Below, piece after piece: positions 51,855 through 64,000 of a stretch of DNA of 64,000 nt. Both the position numbers and the translations under genes were made by a program. This DNA is from Azolla caroliniana (Eukaryota; Plantae; Polypodiophyta). The DNA lies in contig JBHGNT010000011.1 of assembly GCA_043228905.1 (NCBI GenBank), positions 16,802,001-16,866,000 on the forward strand, read 5' to 3'. Position 1 is the stretch's first letter, and every line of letters starts with the position of its first letter. The notes beneath the pieces are model-generated. The model was not told the DNA's origin. It saw nothing but the letters and a program-made list of their open reading frames with translations, and did no database searches.

Positions 51855-52653
51855 ATGAAAATTAAGGGGCCAACAAAATTGATTCTCTTCAGATGGCTAT
51901 TAGTGCATATGACATTACTAGTTGGTCATTCATTGAAAGGGAATGTAGGACCCAATCTTCGGCAATGTGGCTTTTGCCATGAAGCTCAGGAGACTGCCAA
52001 GCATGTCCTCTGGTCTTGTCCCTTGGCTCAACAAGTATGGAATAAAGTCCTTTTGTTATTCTTAACAATCAACGTCGACTGCTTATTTTCATGGGGATTA
52101 GTGATGTGGGGAGTGTTACATTCCAACTTGTTGTTGTTTGAGGCAAACGATGTTCAGGAGGCAATGACTGTACATAATAGAAGATTTATATTAGTTAGCC
52201 CCTTTCAACAACCTCGAAATCAGGTGCGATTTGTTGAAGTTTGGAAAACAGTGACTATGGTAACGTTATGGGTATTATGGAAATGTCGATGTGACCGACT
52301 TTATGATGCGGCAGATCTGTGTCTCTTAAATGTCTTGCTTGAGATATGGGAGAACTTGTTGGTAGTAGTTCGTGGCCAGTATGACAATATGCATGGTTCC
52401 CTAGAGACTATGAACAAGAGAAGGAAGAAGCTTCTTCACTTATGGAAAAAGTTGCCATTGTTTACAAAGTCAACTCAAGGGCCTCAATGGCACTATTGAC
52501 TTCCATGGACCCTTCCTTGAATATCAGTAAATCATGGCAGTGTACATCATTGTACATAAAAAGTTGTAAGCTTTTGGGCAGACAAATTCAAGTTGTAGCC
52601 TTCGGGCGTTTTTTCTTAATACTATTGAAGAAAATATTTGAAGAAAAAAAAAA
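51855..52653 (+). mobile_element. 5'-truncated LINE 3' end (zf-RVT domain) with A-rich tail
   Basis: An open 214-codon frame contains LILFRWLLVH...QCGFCHEAQETAKHVLWSCPLAQQVW and LWVLWKCRC. A run of A at ~52644-52653 follows. Confidence 0.8.
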
Positions 52654-53814
52654 CACTGTAAATGAAAATGTAAGTATTATTCAGGTAAGACATAAATTTA
52701 GTCTCCTTGTTTGGAAAGTCATCCTATCGAATGAAAATGACACTCTATGAGAAAGGAGGAACTTCAATCCTACTTAGAATTTTAAGATTGTAGCTCATGT
52801 AGCCGTCGATTGTAGACTTGATACTCTAGAACTCTAGCATCCCCTCCTGACACTCTTTCGATCTCTTCCCATTCGACGCATGTTTAATAATTTATTCATT
52901 TTTTGAGAAATCTTAATATCTCATACCCAATGTATCAGAGTTAATATCTCTTGTGAGAAAAACAACTATATCTTCAAATCAAGCCATTTAAGAATTATTG
53001 TGTTACAGTAGATTGTTTTAAAATTCATATTATATCTTGATCCTAAGCCTTGGGAAATTGATTGTATGAAGTGGGGCACTTTTCCTTAATTTATGTATCT
53101 AGAATTCATATATTTTGGAAAAAGTAAATGTTTTGTAAACTTGGGCTCATACAATTCGTGATGGAACAAGGAACACAATGGAAATTTCAACTTCATGTTG
53201 TGAGCACAAAGCATGAATCTACGTAATAAATTCCCTTAATTTTGGTGTGAGATGGATTTTGGGTTTGTACATTGAAGTGTTCAACACATCAACGTTTTGA
53301 TACTTCATGAGGTTTGTGGCAAAATTTCCAATTTGCCAATCAGAATTCCCAAAGAGAAGTTATGAGTGAAAGAAAATTGACAGATGAGAGGCGTTCTACT
53401 AGTGACAACGAATCCTGAGGAACCTGGTGCTTAGCCAATGGGTCATTGTTCGTGTTTTTCAAGAACATGGCCAAAGTCATTACCCAAAGACCAAGGATAA
53501 TTCATCACGCAAATGCTCGTGTGTTTCACCACCTGAATTCTCGTGTGACACAATGCAGGAGGACTCATGAAGGTGTGAAACCTTTGTGGGATTAAAACCA
53601 CAAATGTCTCTTGGGGGGAATAGCATTAATAGAAATTTCCAATAATGGAAAAGAGGAGGTGCACTATTGTTTGTGCACTCATATGCTACAACCTACAAGA
53701 GGAAAGAAGAGGCACAAATGATTGTGCGCGCTACAAAGTTAGAAGTTGGAACGAGACAAAGCCCAAGAGCACTCAAAAAATTATATGAATAACCCAATAC
53801 ACATACACAATTAT

Positions 53815-53838
53815 GTACACTTACACTTACACTTACAC

Positions 53839-53911
<73 letters not shown>

Positions 53912-53912
53912 T
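53815..53912. repeat. Compound microsatellite (ACACTT)n(CA)n(CT)n
   Basis: Read directly from the sequence. Confidence 0.95.
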
Positions 53913-54152
53913 ATATACTTGCATAGGTATTCATTTACATAAACATACTTGAACACATATGTAAACATACATTTATGCATAAACAAACACAATCACACAT
54001 GCATGCATGCATGATGCCCGCACATACTTGTATATGTGAGTATACTCATACTCAAACACAAACACATTCATACCTTCATACATCACAAACTTATATGATA
54101 CAATATATAAAGACACTCACATAAACGTTTCCCTAAAAATAATTATATATAT

Positions 54153-54362
54153 TGTGAAATGCATATAAAGAGATCAAAACCAACCTACTTAGCTTCTTAT
54201 AACTTGCTCAATTTATAGTCAATACAAAGGTACCCATTTGGGTTGGCTTAATTACATGCGTACTAAAAAAGGTGTGTTAAAAGGGTGGGTTGCTTAACTA
54301 CATGCATGCTAAAAAGGGTGTGCTAAAAGGGTGGCACAAAGGAACACATGCACACCACAATA
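54153..54362 (-). mobile_element. Second, partial copy of the 33-34 kb TIR element (left end, inverted)
   Basis: Its reverse complement matches 33062-33198: the TIR, agccaacccaaatggg, actataaattga and taagaagctaagtag...gttttgatctctt...tgcatttcac. It also carries an internal duplication of the aaaagggtg subterminal block. Confidence 0.8.
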
Positions 54363-55564
54363 TACTCCCACGTGGCATAAATTCACACAAACCCACGAAT
54401 TATCTTACAAAATGTGTGACCTTTGGGGAACTTTTATACAATACTTGAGATATAGTTATCCCATTGTTTACCTTTAATTCCTTGTTATTCTCACTATCCT
54501 TCTAAATTGGTCCTATGGCTTTTTAAAGAATATTTACTTTTCCTATTTTGTACGTTACTTAAGGTCTTATTGTCACATTTGCCAAACAATTAACAATATG
54601 ACATGTTGTAGGATAGTGGTTTTCATGCAACTAGGATGAATCAACAAGCTCCATAAGAGGGATTGAGGTTGGCAATTGGGGGATTGGTGTGGTAGTGTTT
54701 GGAGGTACCCTAATAGTAGCACTTTGTGGTGTTGGTAGTTGTGGGTGGAGTAGGCCCAAATGGTCTCAATAGGGGAACTTGTGTGGTGGGGAAGTCTTAC
54801 TCCCACTTAGACACAAGACTACAAACCTCATTGGTCATTTCCACTGCTTGTTCGTGATATATTTGGTCTATACACTCTTGCATTTGTGTTACTTTCTTCA
54901 CATCCATGAAGTAGGTTTCCAAACCTTGTTGAAGCCCACATCCTCAATCTCTCCACAATAGGTTAAGCTTGGACATTTTGCCACCTTTAAACCAAAACCA
55001 TTCAAACCAAACTGTTTGAGGGATTTTCCAACTCAAAAAAAATCAAGAGGTCTTCGAGTTGTCAAGTTGTGTTTTCCGGTTAGGCACTAGCTCAAACCAA
55101 ATTATTAGTGAAATGTACAGTGAAAATTTCAAAATATCCAGAAAGGCTTATTTTCTTAACACTAAAAAGAAAACTAAATTTAAAAGAATTTTACAAGATT
55201 GTTCCCCCAAAGTGTTAAACCATTTAAAGTGAGGTTTGAAGTTAGACAAACCATTAAGTTGATAAAACCTCAAACCAAACCAAACTGAATATTTTGCACA
55301 AGATGGAATGGGTCTTCTACCACATGTAAAAAGATTTAAATCTCATTTATTGTATCAAGCAAGTGACTTTGTGCCAAAAGCTATAAACCTTCAAATATCT
55401 ATGGGATTTATGTATCATATTATAATCAAAGTTGAGTTGGTGTATTTGTTACAATTTTCAGTTATAAATGACGAGATACATTGCATAGAATATTATATGT
55501 AAATCCCACCCATACTCAAAGGTTTAGACATGTTATAGTATGGTGTTCAATATGGAAAGAAATT

Positions 55565-56070
55565 CATTTCGTCTAATGTAAGCAAGATTTTGACAAGTTC
55601 ATCCAATATATATGCTTGAAAATTTGTTTCGAGAAAGTGCATCCAATATTTGCCTATAGGCTTGTAAATGAGAAGTTGATACCTAATATTAAAAGGTCAT
55701 TTTTTGACAGTCTTAAAATAAGAAATTCATATCAAGTTTGGAAACAAAGATGTGATTAAAAACTCATAGTAGTACAAAGTTTACTAATTTAAAAGAAAAA
55801 CATTTTATTTCTCTAGGTAAGAAATCCATTTCGTCTAATTTAAGCAAGATTTTGACAAGTTCATCCAATATTTATATGCTTGAAAATTTGTTTCGAGAAA
55901 GTGCATTCCAATATTTGCCCATTTAAATGAGAAGTTGATACCTAATATTAAACAGTCATTTTTTTACACTCTTGAAACAAGAAATTCATATCGAGTTTGG
56001 AAACAAGAATGTGATTAAAAACTCATGGTACAAGAATGTGATTAAAAGAAAAACGCTTTATTTCTCTAGG
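55565..56070. repeat. Tandem duplication, ~260-bp period
   Basis: catttcgtctaat.taagcaagattttgacaagttcatccaatat ... ttatttctctagg occurs at 55565-55817 and 55827-56070. Confidence 0.92.
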
Positions 56071-57500
56071 TTTTTTCAAATTTAAGTTTTTTATGAGATT
56101 TATCCTTCTCAAAATGCATTATTTCATAAGATGTTTTGGCAGCACAAAAGATCTTCATCGCATAGTCTTTAGCATTTCATATAGAGACCATGTTAAGCAA
56201 TACATTGTGCAATTTGAATTGAGTGATTTTATCTTTTGAAAGGTTCTCAAACATGAAGAATGTTTATTACATGGAAAAGGCAAACCAAAATGAAACCCCA
56301 ACTTTTCTTAGAGCATTCAAGATCAAGGGGAAAAAGTGTGGAGTTTCTTTTGAGTTTTATTCTAGGTAAGGAAGCTATGACAAATGATTGAGGATGAACT
56401 ACCATTGTGGATGTGGATGCTCATGGTATGTCATGAGCCCAAAATATTCATTTTGTTATTCGCCAAGCTTTGATATATAATCAAAAGAATGTATCATAAG
56501 TGCCTTCAGAAGTAGTAGAGCTTGTGGATGAACACGCTAGTGTGAATACCACCACCATAACTACTAAACAATAAAAGAACAAAAGCAATAAAATAAATAA
56601 AAGAAACGGAAATGACCTAAACATGCTTACATTTCTCCCATATGCAAAGAGTATTATGCTATACATCTATCAAAATGACTTTTATATGCTGAATCAAAAC
56701 GGGCTTGGGATCTCAATTGAGATATAGACTTTGAGAAGCCATGCGACAAAAAGGCAAAACCAAAAATCTAAATATGGAGACATAAAGCCATGCAATAATT
56801 TATGATTCCTACATTACCATGGTCAAGATTCAAGAAGGGGGTTTATCCTAGACTAAGTCTTAGTCGCAAACACAATGTATTCCCCTTCCGGATACTCTCC
56901 AAAGGTGTGGTTGGAGAGATGGAATTATATGCGCATACGATTATAAGGTATCTGTCTACGTTCTCTGGTACATATACACAATATCCGGTACACATACCTC
57001 CTTTTTTATTGCATAGCTTGTAGATTGTGCTCCATTTGTTCCTTATATGATATCATCTGTTCCATCAGATGTTGGTAGTAGCTTTTGTATTATAATAGAG
57101 GTGAGATGAAATGTCTCCTTCTGTTTTCTATATGTACATTTCTCAAGTAATATACTAAGGTGTATCTTTCTTGAAAAATAAATAAATCCGGTACACAACA
57201 CAGATATGAATTAACACGCGCAAGATTAGAACATAAAAGTGCAAAAGTACACAATATATAACAACAATACACTATATTACTTGTTGTTCAATCATTACAA
57301 TCTCTTATACAAAACGGTGTTTATCCGGATCGGTACATCTTTCTGTATTCGGCACCTCATAATATCTTTTCTTTTTAATCTATTTTATTACAACGTTTCA
57401 CTTTTTCTTTATTTCCTATAATATCTTTCCAGTTTCTCCTTTACCCGGTTCACACTGCTTCCATATTCCGGTTCTCCCTCCTTTCGCTCCGGTCACAGCT

Positions 57501-58442
57501 TCACTGGGTAACATCTAGCACGCCTATGGGATAGTGCCTTGCACGTCGAATCCACGCGCCCTCAGCTCTCTTCCAAAAATCTCCAGTATGCTCTGTTGAT
57601 TGGCAGTTGGTTGGTCTGGTGGCGTACTCCTTTGTTGTGATGGTTCCTCCTCTTCCGTTTGTGGTTGCGGATGTGCTTGATTCTTCGGCGGTTATTGTTC
57701 CTCTGCAGTTTGCGGTGCATTCCTCTGCTACAGTTTGTGGTGCATCCTCCTCATCCGTCCTCTGCTGCATCGGCTCTTGCTCCCTCGGTTGCTCCAACAA
57801 TTTCTCCGACTGCTTCCCCTCCAGTTGGGTCTACTCCATTTCTTCCTTCGGTCGCTCTTCATCACTAAGGTTTGTGCGATAAGCTTGGTTGTCCCCAAGT
57901 AGTTGTTGCTTCCGTTGAACTCTTTCTCACTCATAATCTTCCAAATCCAATGTTAGTTGTGGCTAGTTATCTTTAAACGCTTCTAGAATTTTCCGGATCT
58001 CATTAGTTTGCACTTGAGCCATAGCCTGGAAATCGTCGGCTAATTCTTCATGGATGGTGATAATACTTTCCTCATCCATCTTATAAAAATTATCACCCGC
58101 TTTTGCCCAGTTTTCCACATTCGCACGAAGCACTTGTAGTTCGGCTGCCTGTGATGACCATTCCTTCCATATTGCAGCCAAGCATTCTTCAAGTTTTTCT
58201 TGCATCCGCTACCGCCAATTATCTACAATTATCCAGATCCATTGTATTCCCATCTTCGTTTTCTTCTCTAGGGCCTGTTTTTCTTGTTTGAGCGGCTTAA
58301 TTTGTTGTATTGCCGCTTTTGATTGAACCTCGTATGTTGTTAGCTAAGTTTGATATGTCGTTTGGACCTTTGTCAGTACTTCTGTGGAGCGTTCAACCAT
58401 CCGGTGCCGATTTTCTAGTAGCTTCGTCTTTTCCATTGTGGT
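57501..58442 (-). pseudogene. Decayed ~310-codon coiled-coil ORF of unknown family, probably transposon-borne
   Basis: One frame runs from the LTR junction (ATG at 58436) to 57501 with five in-frame stops (4 TAG, 1 TGA) and no frameshift. It joins track ORFs 57963-58205 and 57501-57800. Confidence 0.7.
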
Positions 58443-59102
58443 TGTTAAGAATTAGGTAATTAAGCAAGGGTTAATTAGTACCTAATTATGTGATTAAGTT
58501 AAGCATGGAAGATTATGTGATATGTGTGTGTATATGTAGGAGAGGAAGAGAGAGAGGAAGATACACTTATGAACAACACAAGATGGGGGATGATTGACTC
58601 TATATTAAATTATCATTATCATCATCAAATACAAAAATACCCACAATGAGGTATATATACATCTCATGTGCAAAGGTGCACATGTGTGAGTAGAATATAG
58701 GTACTAAGGTGTAAGTCCTATATTAAATGTACTTAGGAGTGGAGGATCTAGAATATCCCACTTAAGTACAAGGTCCTATTTAAGGCGTTATAGTCAACAC
58801 TCCTAACTAGATTGACAAAATAACTAAACTAAGTTGAGCTTGATCCCTCAACACGCCCCCTCGAGCTCAAGTGTGAGGCGTCTAACATCCGGTTCTGCTT
58901 TCAGCGTTGTCCGGCTTTCGATGTTGGCTTCTGTGCGGCTTCCATATGGCCTTCGGCTTTCTTCGCCGTGGCAATCTCGGGTCCTCCCCCCTCAAGCTGG
59001 TGATGAAGGCTTGTAGTGTGTGGGCGAAGGTCGACTACTTCCACCCATCGTGGGTTACGAGCCGCTTCATTGGAGCTCTTGGGATCTTGTTCGGCCGCTA
59101 CC
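58443..59102 (-). mobile_element. Older, internally deleted Ty1/copia: 3' LTR (58853-58443, TGTTGA...TTAACA), PPT and residual pol
   Basis: Minus strand reads PPT GAGGGGGCG then TGTTGAGGG. The upstream remnant VAAEQDPKSSNEAARNPRWVEV (pre-RT EP.S..EA...W motif) is joined directly to an end-of-pol-like LEGG segment. Confidence 0.72.
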
Positions 59103-59467
59103 TGTTAGGAAACAAGTCCCTCCGGATGGGAAATGAGAAGAACAGTCGGATTTGGAGTACCCGGCTACGGAAGACCCGGTGAGAACCGGATGACAAGTAC
59201 CCGGCAACGGAAGACCCGGTGAGAACCGGATGTGGTGTACCCGGCAAGTGCCGGATGAGGAGTACCCGGCATGAGCCGGATGGTGAAGGCCCGGTGAGAA
59301 GTGCTCACCGGATGAAGGGACATATTTGTAAATATGTTTTCTGAGAGTCCATCGGGGCTATATTTGTAAATAGCCGGAAAGTCATATTAGTATAAATATG
59401 ACTTAGGGCAAACAGAGAATTGTGTTGTTGTCATTCTTGTTGGCGCAAGATTAGAGCGTGTAATAGT

Positions 59468-59512
<45 letters not shown>

Positions 59513-62500
59513 GAGGTCGTTGCCTCTGTTGTAACCGCCACTTGTGGCGAAGATCGTGAGCACGAGGTCGTCGCCTCCGTGAACTCACTGTTGTAACCAT
59601 TGTGATATAGTGATAGTTTGGAGTCTGTGGACTCCCGTGGTTTTTCCCTCTTAGGGTTTTCCACGTTAAACATCCTGTGTTCTCTTCTCTCCTTTGTGTC
59701 GTGTGTATTCATTCCCGTTTTCTGTGTTTGATCTTAGACTCGGTTGTGGCCGAGCGGTGTTCATCGGAGCGTGTAGTTCCTGTCAACTGGTATCAGAGCG
59801 AAACGACACAGAAAATGGACGATTCGTTGGGAGGCATGTTCAAGCTCACCGGCTCCAACTATTCGGTGTGGAAGTTGAAGATGAGGGACATGCTCGTGGT
59901 TAAAGACCTCTGGCTGCCGGTTCAGTTCGGGGACAAGAGACCGGACAAAATCGACGCCGCGATATGGGAGGTAATGCACATGAAGACAACGGCGTACATA
60001 CGGTGCTTCATCGACATGAGCCTATACAACAACTTCAATGAAGAGAGCAAGGCTCATGAGCTGTGGGAGAAGATCGACATTATGTTTTAAAACAAAAATG
60101 TTGTTAATCAGGTTTCGGTATTCCGGAAGCTAGTAAGACTCCGATACCAAGATGGCTCCAGCATGGCGGAGCACATGAATGCTTTCCAGGGGCTAATCCA
60201 CCAGGCAACATCATTGGAAGTACCTCTTGCCGATGAGGTACTAGCACTACTCCTGCTCGGTTCCCTCCCAGATAGCTGGGAGATGTTGGTTGTCACCTTG
60301 GGCAACACCGGGCCGGAAGGGAAATGGTTATCCCTAACAAGAGTGAAGTCGAGCTTGCTAGATGAGGAGGCGCGTCGGAAAGATAAGGATACGAGCTCCG
60401 ACCCCAAAGCGCTCCTCACCGAATCAGAACGCGGAAGACAAAGAAACCGTAGCCCCTAGAACCGGGAAAAGTCGGGGACACGATCAAAGTCAAGGGGGAG
60501 GCCTACTTGCTTCTATTGTGGCAAGCTGAGACACTTCCAGAAGAACTGTCGACATTTCTGAAAAGACAAGGAAACCGATGGCACCGATTCGAAGCGGACA
60601 CCGTTCCGGAACGGTAAAGACAGGAGGGGGCCGAACCGGAAGGGAACGACGGCAATCGCGGCAAGTGAAGAAGAGTTGATGCTCATCACCGAGGAGAGTG
60701 AGCTAAACCTTGCCGGCGACGAGATGACCTGGGTGGTCGACTCCGAAGCGTCGTTCCACCTTACCCCGGACCGGAAATGCTTCTCATCCTACTCAACCGG
60801 TGATCACGGCTGTGTCCGGATGGGGAATGAAGGTACATGCCGATTTGTCGGCATAGGAGACGTGTGGCTGGCAACACCAACCGGATGCAAGCTGCTGTTG
60901 AAGGATGTCCGACACGTTCCAGAGGTTCGTCTGAACCTGATATCAGCCGGTCGGCTAGATGATGAAGGCTACACGGGTAGCATTCGGAACGGTGTTATGA
61001 AGTTCAGCAAAGGGAGCCTGATTGTGGCTCAGGCTTGGAAGGTAAATACATTGTACCTGATGAATGCCCGGTTATGTCTGGAGGAAGTGAACGTGGCATC
61101 CGACACTGCCGGTGAGCTGTGGCACAAAAGGCTATGTCACATGAGTGAGAAGGGGATGAAGAGGCTTGCAGACGACAACCTCATTCTAGTGAAGAACGTG
61201 CACTTGGAGAAGTGCACTGATTGTCTGGCCGATAAGCAAAACCGGACCTCCTTCCGAACAAGGCCACCGATGAGACGTAATGCACCACTGGAGTTGGTGC
61301 AGTGGACACGAAGTCACATGCAGGATCGCAGTACTTCATAGATGACCACAACCGGAAGCTGTGGGCCACACCGTTGAACACGAAGGATCAGGTGCTATCT
61401 GTCTTCAAAGAACTCCACGCGAGAGTGGAAAGAGAAACCGGCTGGAAGCTGAAGGCGGTTCGAGCAGATAACGGAGGCGAATACCGGGGGCAGTTCGAGG
61501 AGTACTGTCGCTCGAAGGGAATCCGGCTCGAATTTACCGTGCCGAAGACGCCGGAACTAAACGGGCTGGCCGAGAGGATGAACCAGACCATAATGGAGAG
61601 GGTCCGGAGTATGCTGGCGCATGCAAAACTACCCAAGAAGTTTTGGGCTGAGGCATTGTCGACGGCGGGCGACATATGTGATAAACAGATCACCCTCAGT
61701 ACCCTTGGATGGAGACACACCACAGAGAGTATGGACTGGTAAGGAAGTATCCTACCGGCATCTGAAGGTATTCGGGTGTCTTGCGTATGTGCATGTAGCT
61801 AAGGACCAGAGAGGAAAACTAGATCCGAAGATCCGACCATGCATATTCCTCGGTTACGACGACGATGAGTTCGGCTACTGAGTGTGGGACCTGGTCGACA
61901 AGAAGGTATTCCGGAGTCGAGATATTATCTTCATGGAGGACAAGACGCTCGCCGACTGGGAGTCGGAGAAGAAGATAATGAACTCTGAGTCGACCGGTAA
62001 GGATGTTTCTACGGTGAGCAGTCCCAACCGGCAAGAGATCGGTTAGCACTTGAGGAACCATCCGGTTATGGTGAGGATACCGAACCGGCAGAAGAAGAAG
62101 TAGAGGAAACTGAAACCGGAACTGGCCAAGACCCCGAATCGGATTCGGATGAAGAGCAAATGGAGGAGCCGGTTACCGAAGCCCAGAGACGGAGATATCC
62201 TCTCAGAGAGAGAAGGCCCCCCCGGAGATTTTCGGATGCAGAGCATGTGCTGTTGACCGATGAGGGGGAGCCAGAAAGCTTCGAGGAAGCTAATAGTGAC
62301 ACCCACAACCGCAAATGGTTAAGTGCCATGCAGGATGAGATGGATTCCTTGCATGAGAACCATACGTACGAATTGGTGGAGTTGTCGAAAGGAAAGCGGG
62401 CACTCCGAAACAAGTGGGTGTACAAGTTGAAACCGGGAGATGCCGACAACCCCCCGAGATACAAAGCCAAGATCGTGGTGAAGGGGTTCCAGCAGAAGAA

Positions 62501-64000
62501 GGGCGTGGACTTCGACGAGATATTTGTCCCGGTAGTAAAGATGACCTCCATCCGGACGGTGCTGAGTATAGCGGCAAGCATGGACCTCGAGGTAGAGCAG
62601 CTGGACATGAAGACGACATTCCTTCACGGTGACCTCGAAGAGGAGATCTACATGCAACAATCGGAAGGATTCGTGGAGAAGGAGAAGGAGCACCTAGTAT
62701 GCCGGTTGAAGAAGAGCCTGTACGGATTGAAGCAGGCTCCCTGACAATGGTACCGGAAGTTCGACTCCTTTATGACCGATCAAGGGTACCACAAGACGCA
62801 TGCCGATCACTACGTGTTTGTGAAGAAGTTCGAAGGAGGCGACTTCCTAATACTCCTTCTGTACGTGGACGAAATGTTGATCGTCGGACGGGACCAAGCC
62901 AAAATACGGATGCTGAAGAAGGCTCTCAACCGAACCTTCGCAATGAAAGACTTGGGTTCAACAAGACAGATGTTGGGGATGCATATCATCCGGAACCGGC
63001 CAACGAAGCAACTGTGGCTGTCACAGGAGAAATACGTGACAAAGGTGCTTCGGCGGTTCAACATGTCAGATGCGAAACCGGTCGGATCGACACTTCCGGC
63101 AAACTGTAGGTTATCCGGTAAGCAAAGCCCGAAGACGAAAGCAGAGAAGGCGGATATGATGAAGGTTCCATATGCCTCTGCCGTCGGGAGCTTAATGTAC
63201 GCAATGGTGTGTACCCGACCGGATATAGGATACGCAATCGGAGTGGTGAGCCGGTTTATGATCAATCTCGGCAAGGAGCACTGGAACGTGGTCAAATGGA
63301 TACTCTGGTACTTGAAGGGCACTTCAAATATGTGTCTCTGATTTGGCTCCGGTAAACCTCAACTTGACGGTTTTACCGATTCAGACATGTTGGTTGATGT
63401 GGATACCAGTCGGTCTACATCCAGGTATGTAATGACATATGCAGGGGGAGATGTTTCGTGGCAGTCGAGGCTGCGGAAGACGGTTGCGTTGTCAACCACG
63501 GAGGCGGAGTACATGGCGGTTGTGGAAGCCGGCAAGGAAATATTATGGATGAAGGACTTAATCGGAGAGCTCGGTATTCGACAAGATGAATACCGGCTCT
63601 ATTGCGACAGTCAAAGTGCCATCCACCTTGCTAAGAATGCGGCCTACCATTCCCGGACGAAGCATATCCAGCGAAGGTATCACTGGATCCAAGAAAGCGT
63701 AGATGACCAGGAGTTTGCGTTGACGAAGATCCACACAGCCGAGAACGGGTCAGATATGCTGACCAAAGTACTGATACCCGACAAGCTGGATGCATGCCGG
63801 AAACGGATCGGTCTAGTAAGACATCCCATGCCAGAGTGAAGGGGGAGTTTGTTAGGAAACAAGTCCCTCCGGATGGGAAATGAGAAGAACAGTCAGATTT
63901 GGAGTACCCGGCTACGGAAGACCCGATGAGAACCAGATGTGGTGTACCCGGCAAGCGCCGGATGAGGAGTACCCGACTACGGAAGACCCAGTGAGAACCG
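59103..64000 (+). mobile_element. Full-length Ty1/copia LTR retrotransposon (decayed); 3' LTR runs off the window
   Basis: 5' LTR 59103-59785 (TGTTAGGAA...TTCCTGTCA); PBS TGGTATCAGAGC (tRNA-iMet) at 59788; PPT GAAGGGGGAG before the 3' LTR starting at 63850. Left flank CTACC is the predicted TSD. Confidence 0.97.
59815..63839 (+). pseudogene. Copia gag-pol polyprotein pseudogene (gag, zinc knuckle, protease, integrase, RT, RNase H)
   Basis: LTGSNYSVWK; LLLGSLPDSW; CFYCGKLRHFQKNC; WVVDSEASFH; LWHKRLCH; VRADNGGEY; PELNGLAERMN; LKKSLYGLKQAP; LLLYVDEMLI; VALSTTEAEY; YCDSQSAIHL; SDMLTK. Broken by stops (e.g. 60088, 60457, 61879, 62742, 63339) and frameshifts. Confidence 0.96.

Noticed and set aside
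54560-54960. Possible retrotransposon gag relic (LQQGLETYF, minus strand)
   Set aside because: Too degenerate to support a call.
58443-58799. Solo LTR ending at TCAACA (58799)
   Set aside because: Flanks GTGGT and CTCCT are not a TSD. The better boundary is 58853, next to a PPT, making it a 3' LTR.
62043-63322. Long antisense ORFs (180, 170 and 124 aa) within the Copia pol
   Set aside because: Expected shadows of GC-rich coding sequence, with no independent signal.

Overview
AT-rich, microsatellite-rich land-plant nuclear DNA with spliced genes. A fern or other non-flowering plant is my weak inference from composition and protein divergence. Seven protein-coding genes were reconstructed by eye from GT-AG boundaries and family motifs: an eIF4B3-like protein (-); a thylakoidal processing peptidase (-) head-to-head with thioredoxin z (+); a membrane-anchored RING-HC E3 ligase (+); a plant cysteine oxidase, PCO (-); a DEAH4-type RNA helicase (+); and an At4g25170-like conserved protein (-). 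Between them lie LINE relics, a Copia integrase relic, tRNA-like SINE heads, a (TA)n-flanked TIR element present twice, and many local tandem duplications. The last ~7 kb is a nest: a decayed full-length Ty1/copia inserted in an older, internally deleted Copia, whose LTR interrupts a ~310-codon orphan coiled-coil ORF. The PCO locus is the most unusual part. It has an in-frame Met-Cys start inside a predicted 5'-UTR intron (a possible self-substrate for the O2-dependent N-degron pathway), no recognisable canonical last exon, a long downstream hairpin, and a collapsed PCO-derived mini-ORF. Exon coordinates were counted by hand and may be off by a few bases. Family assignments are from recalled motifs, not database searches.
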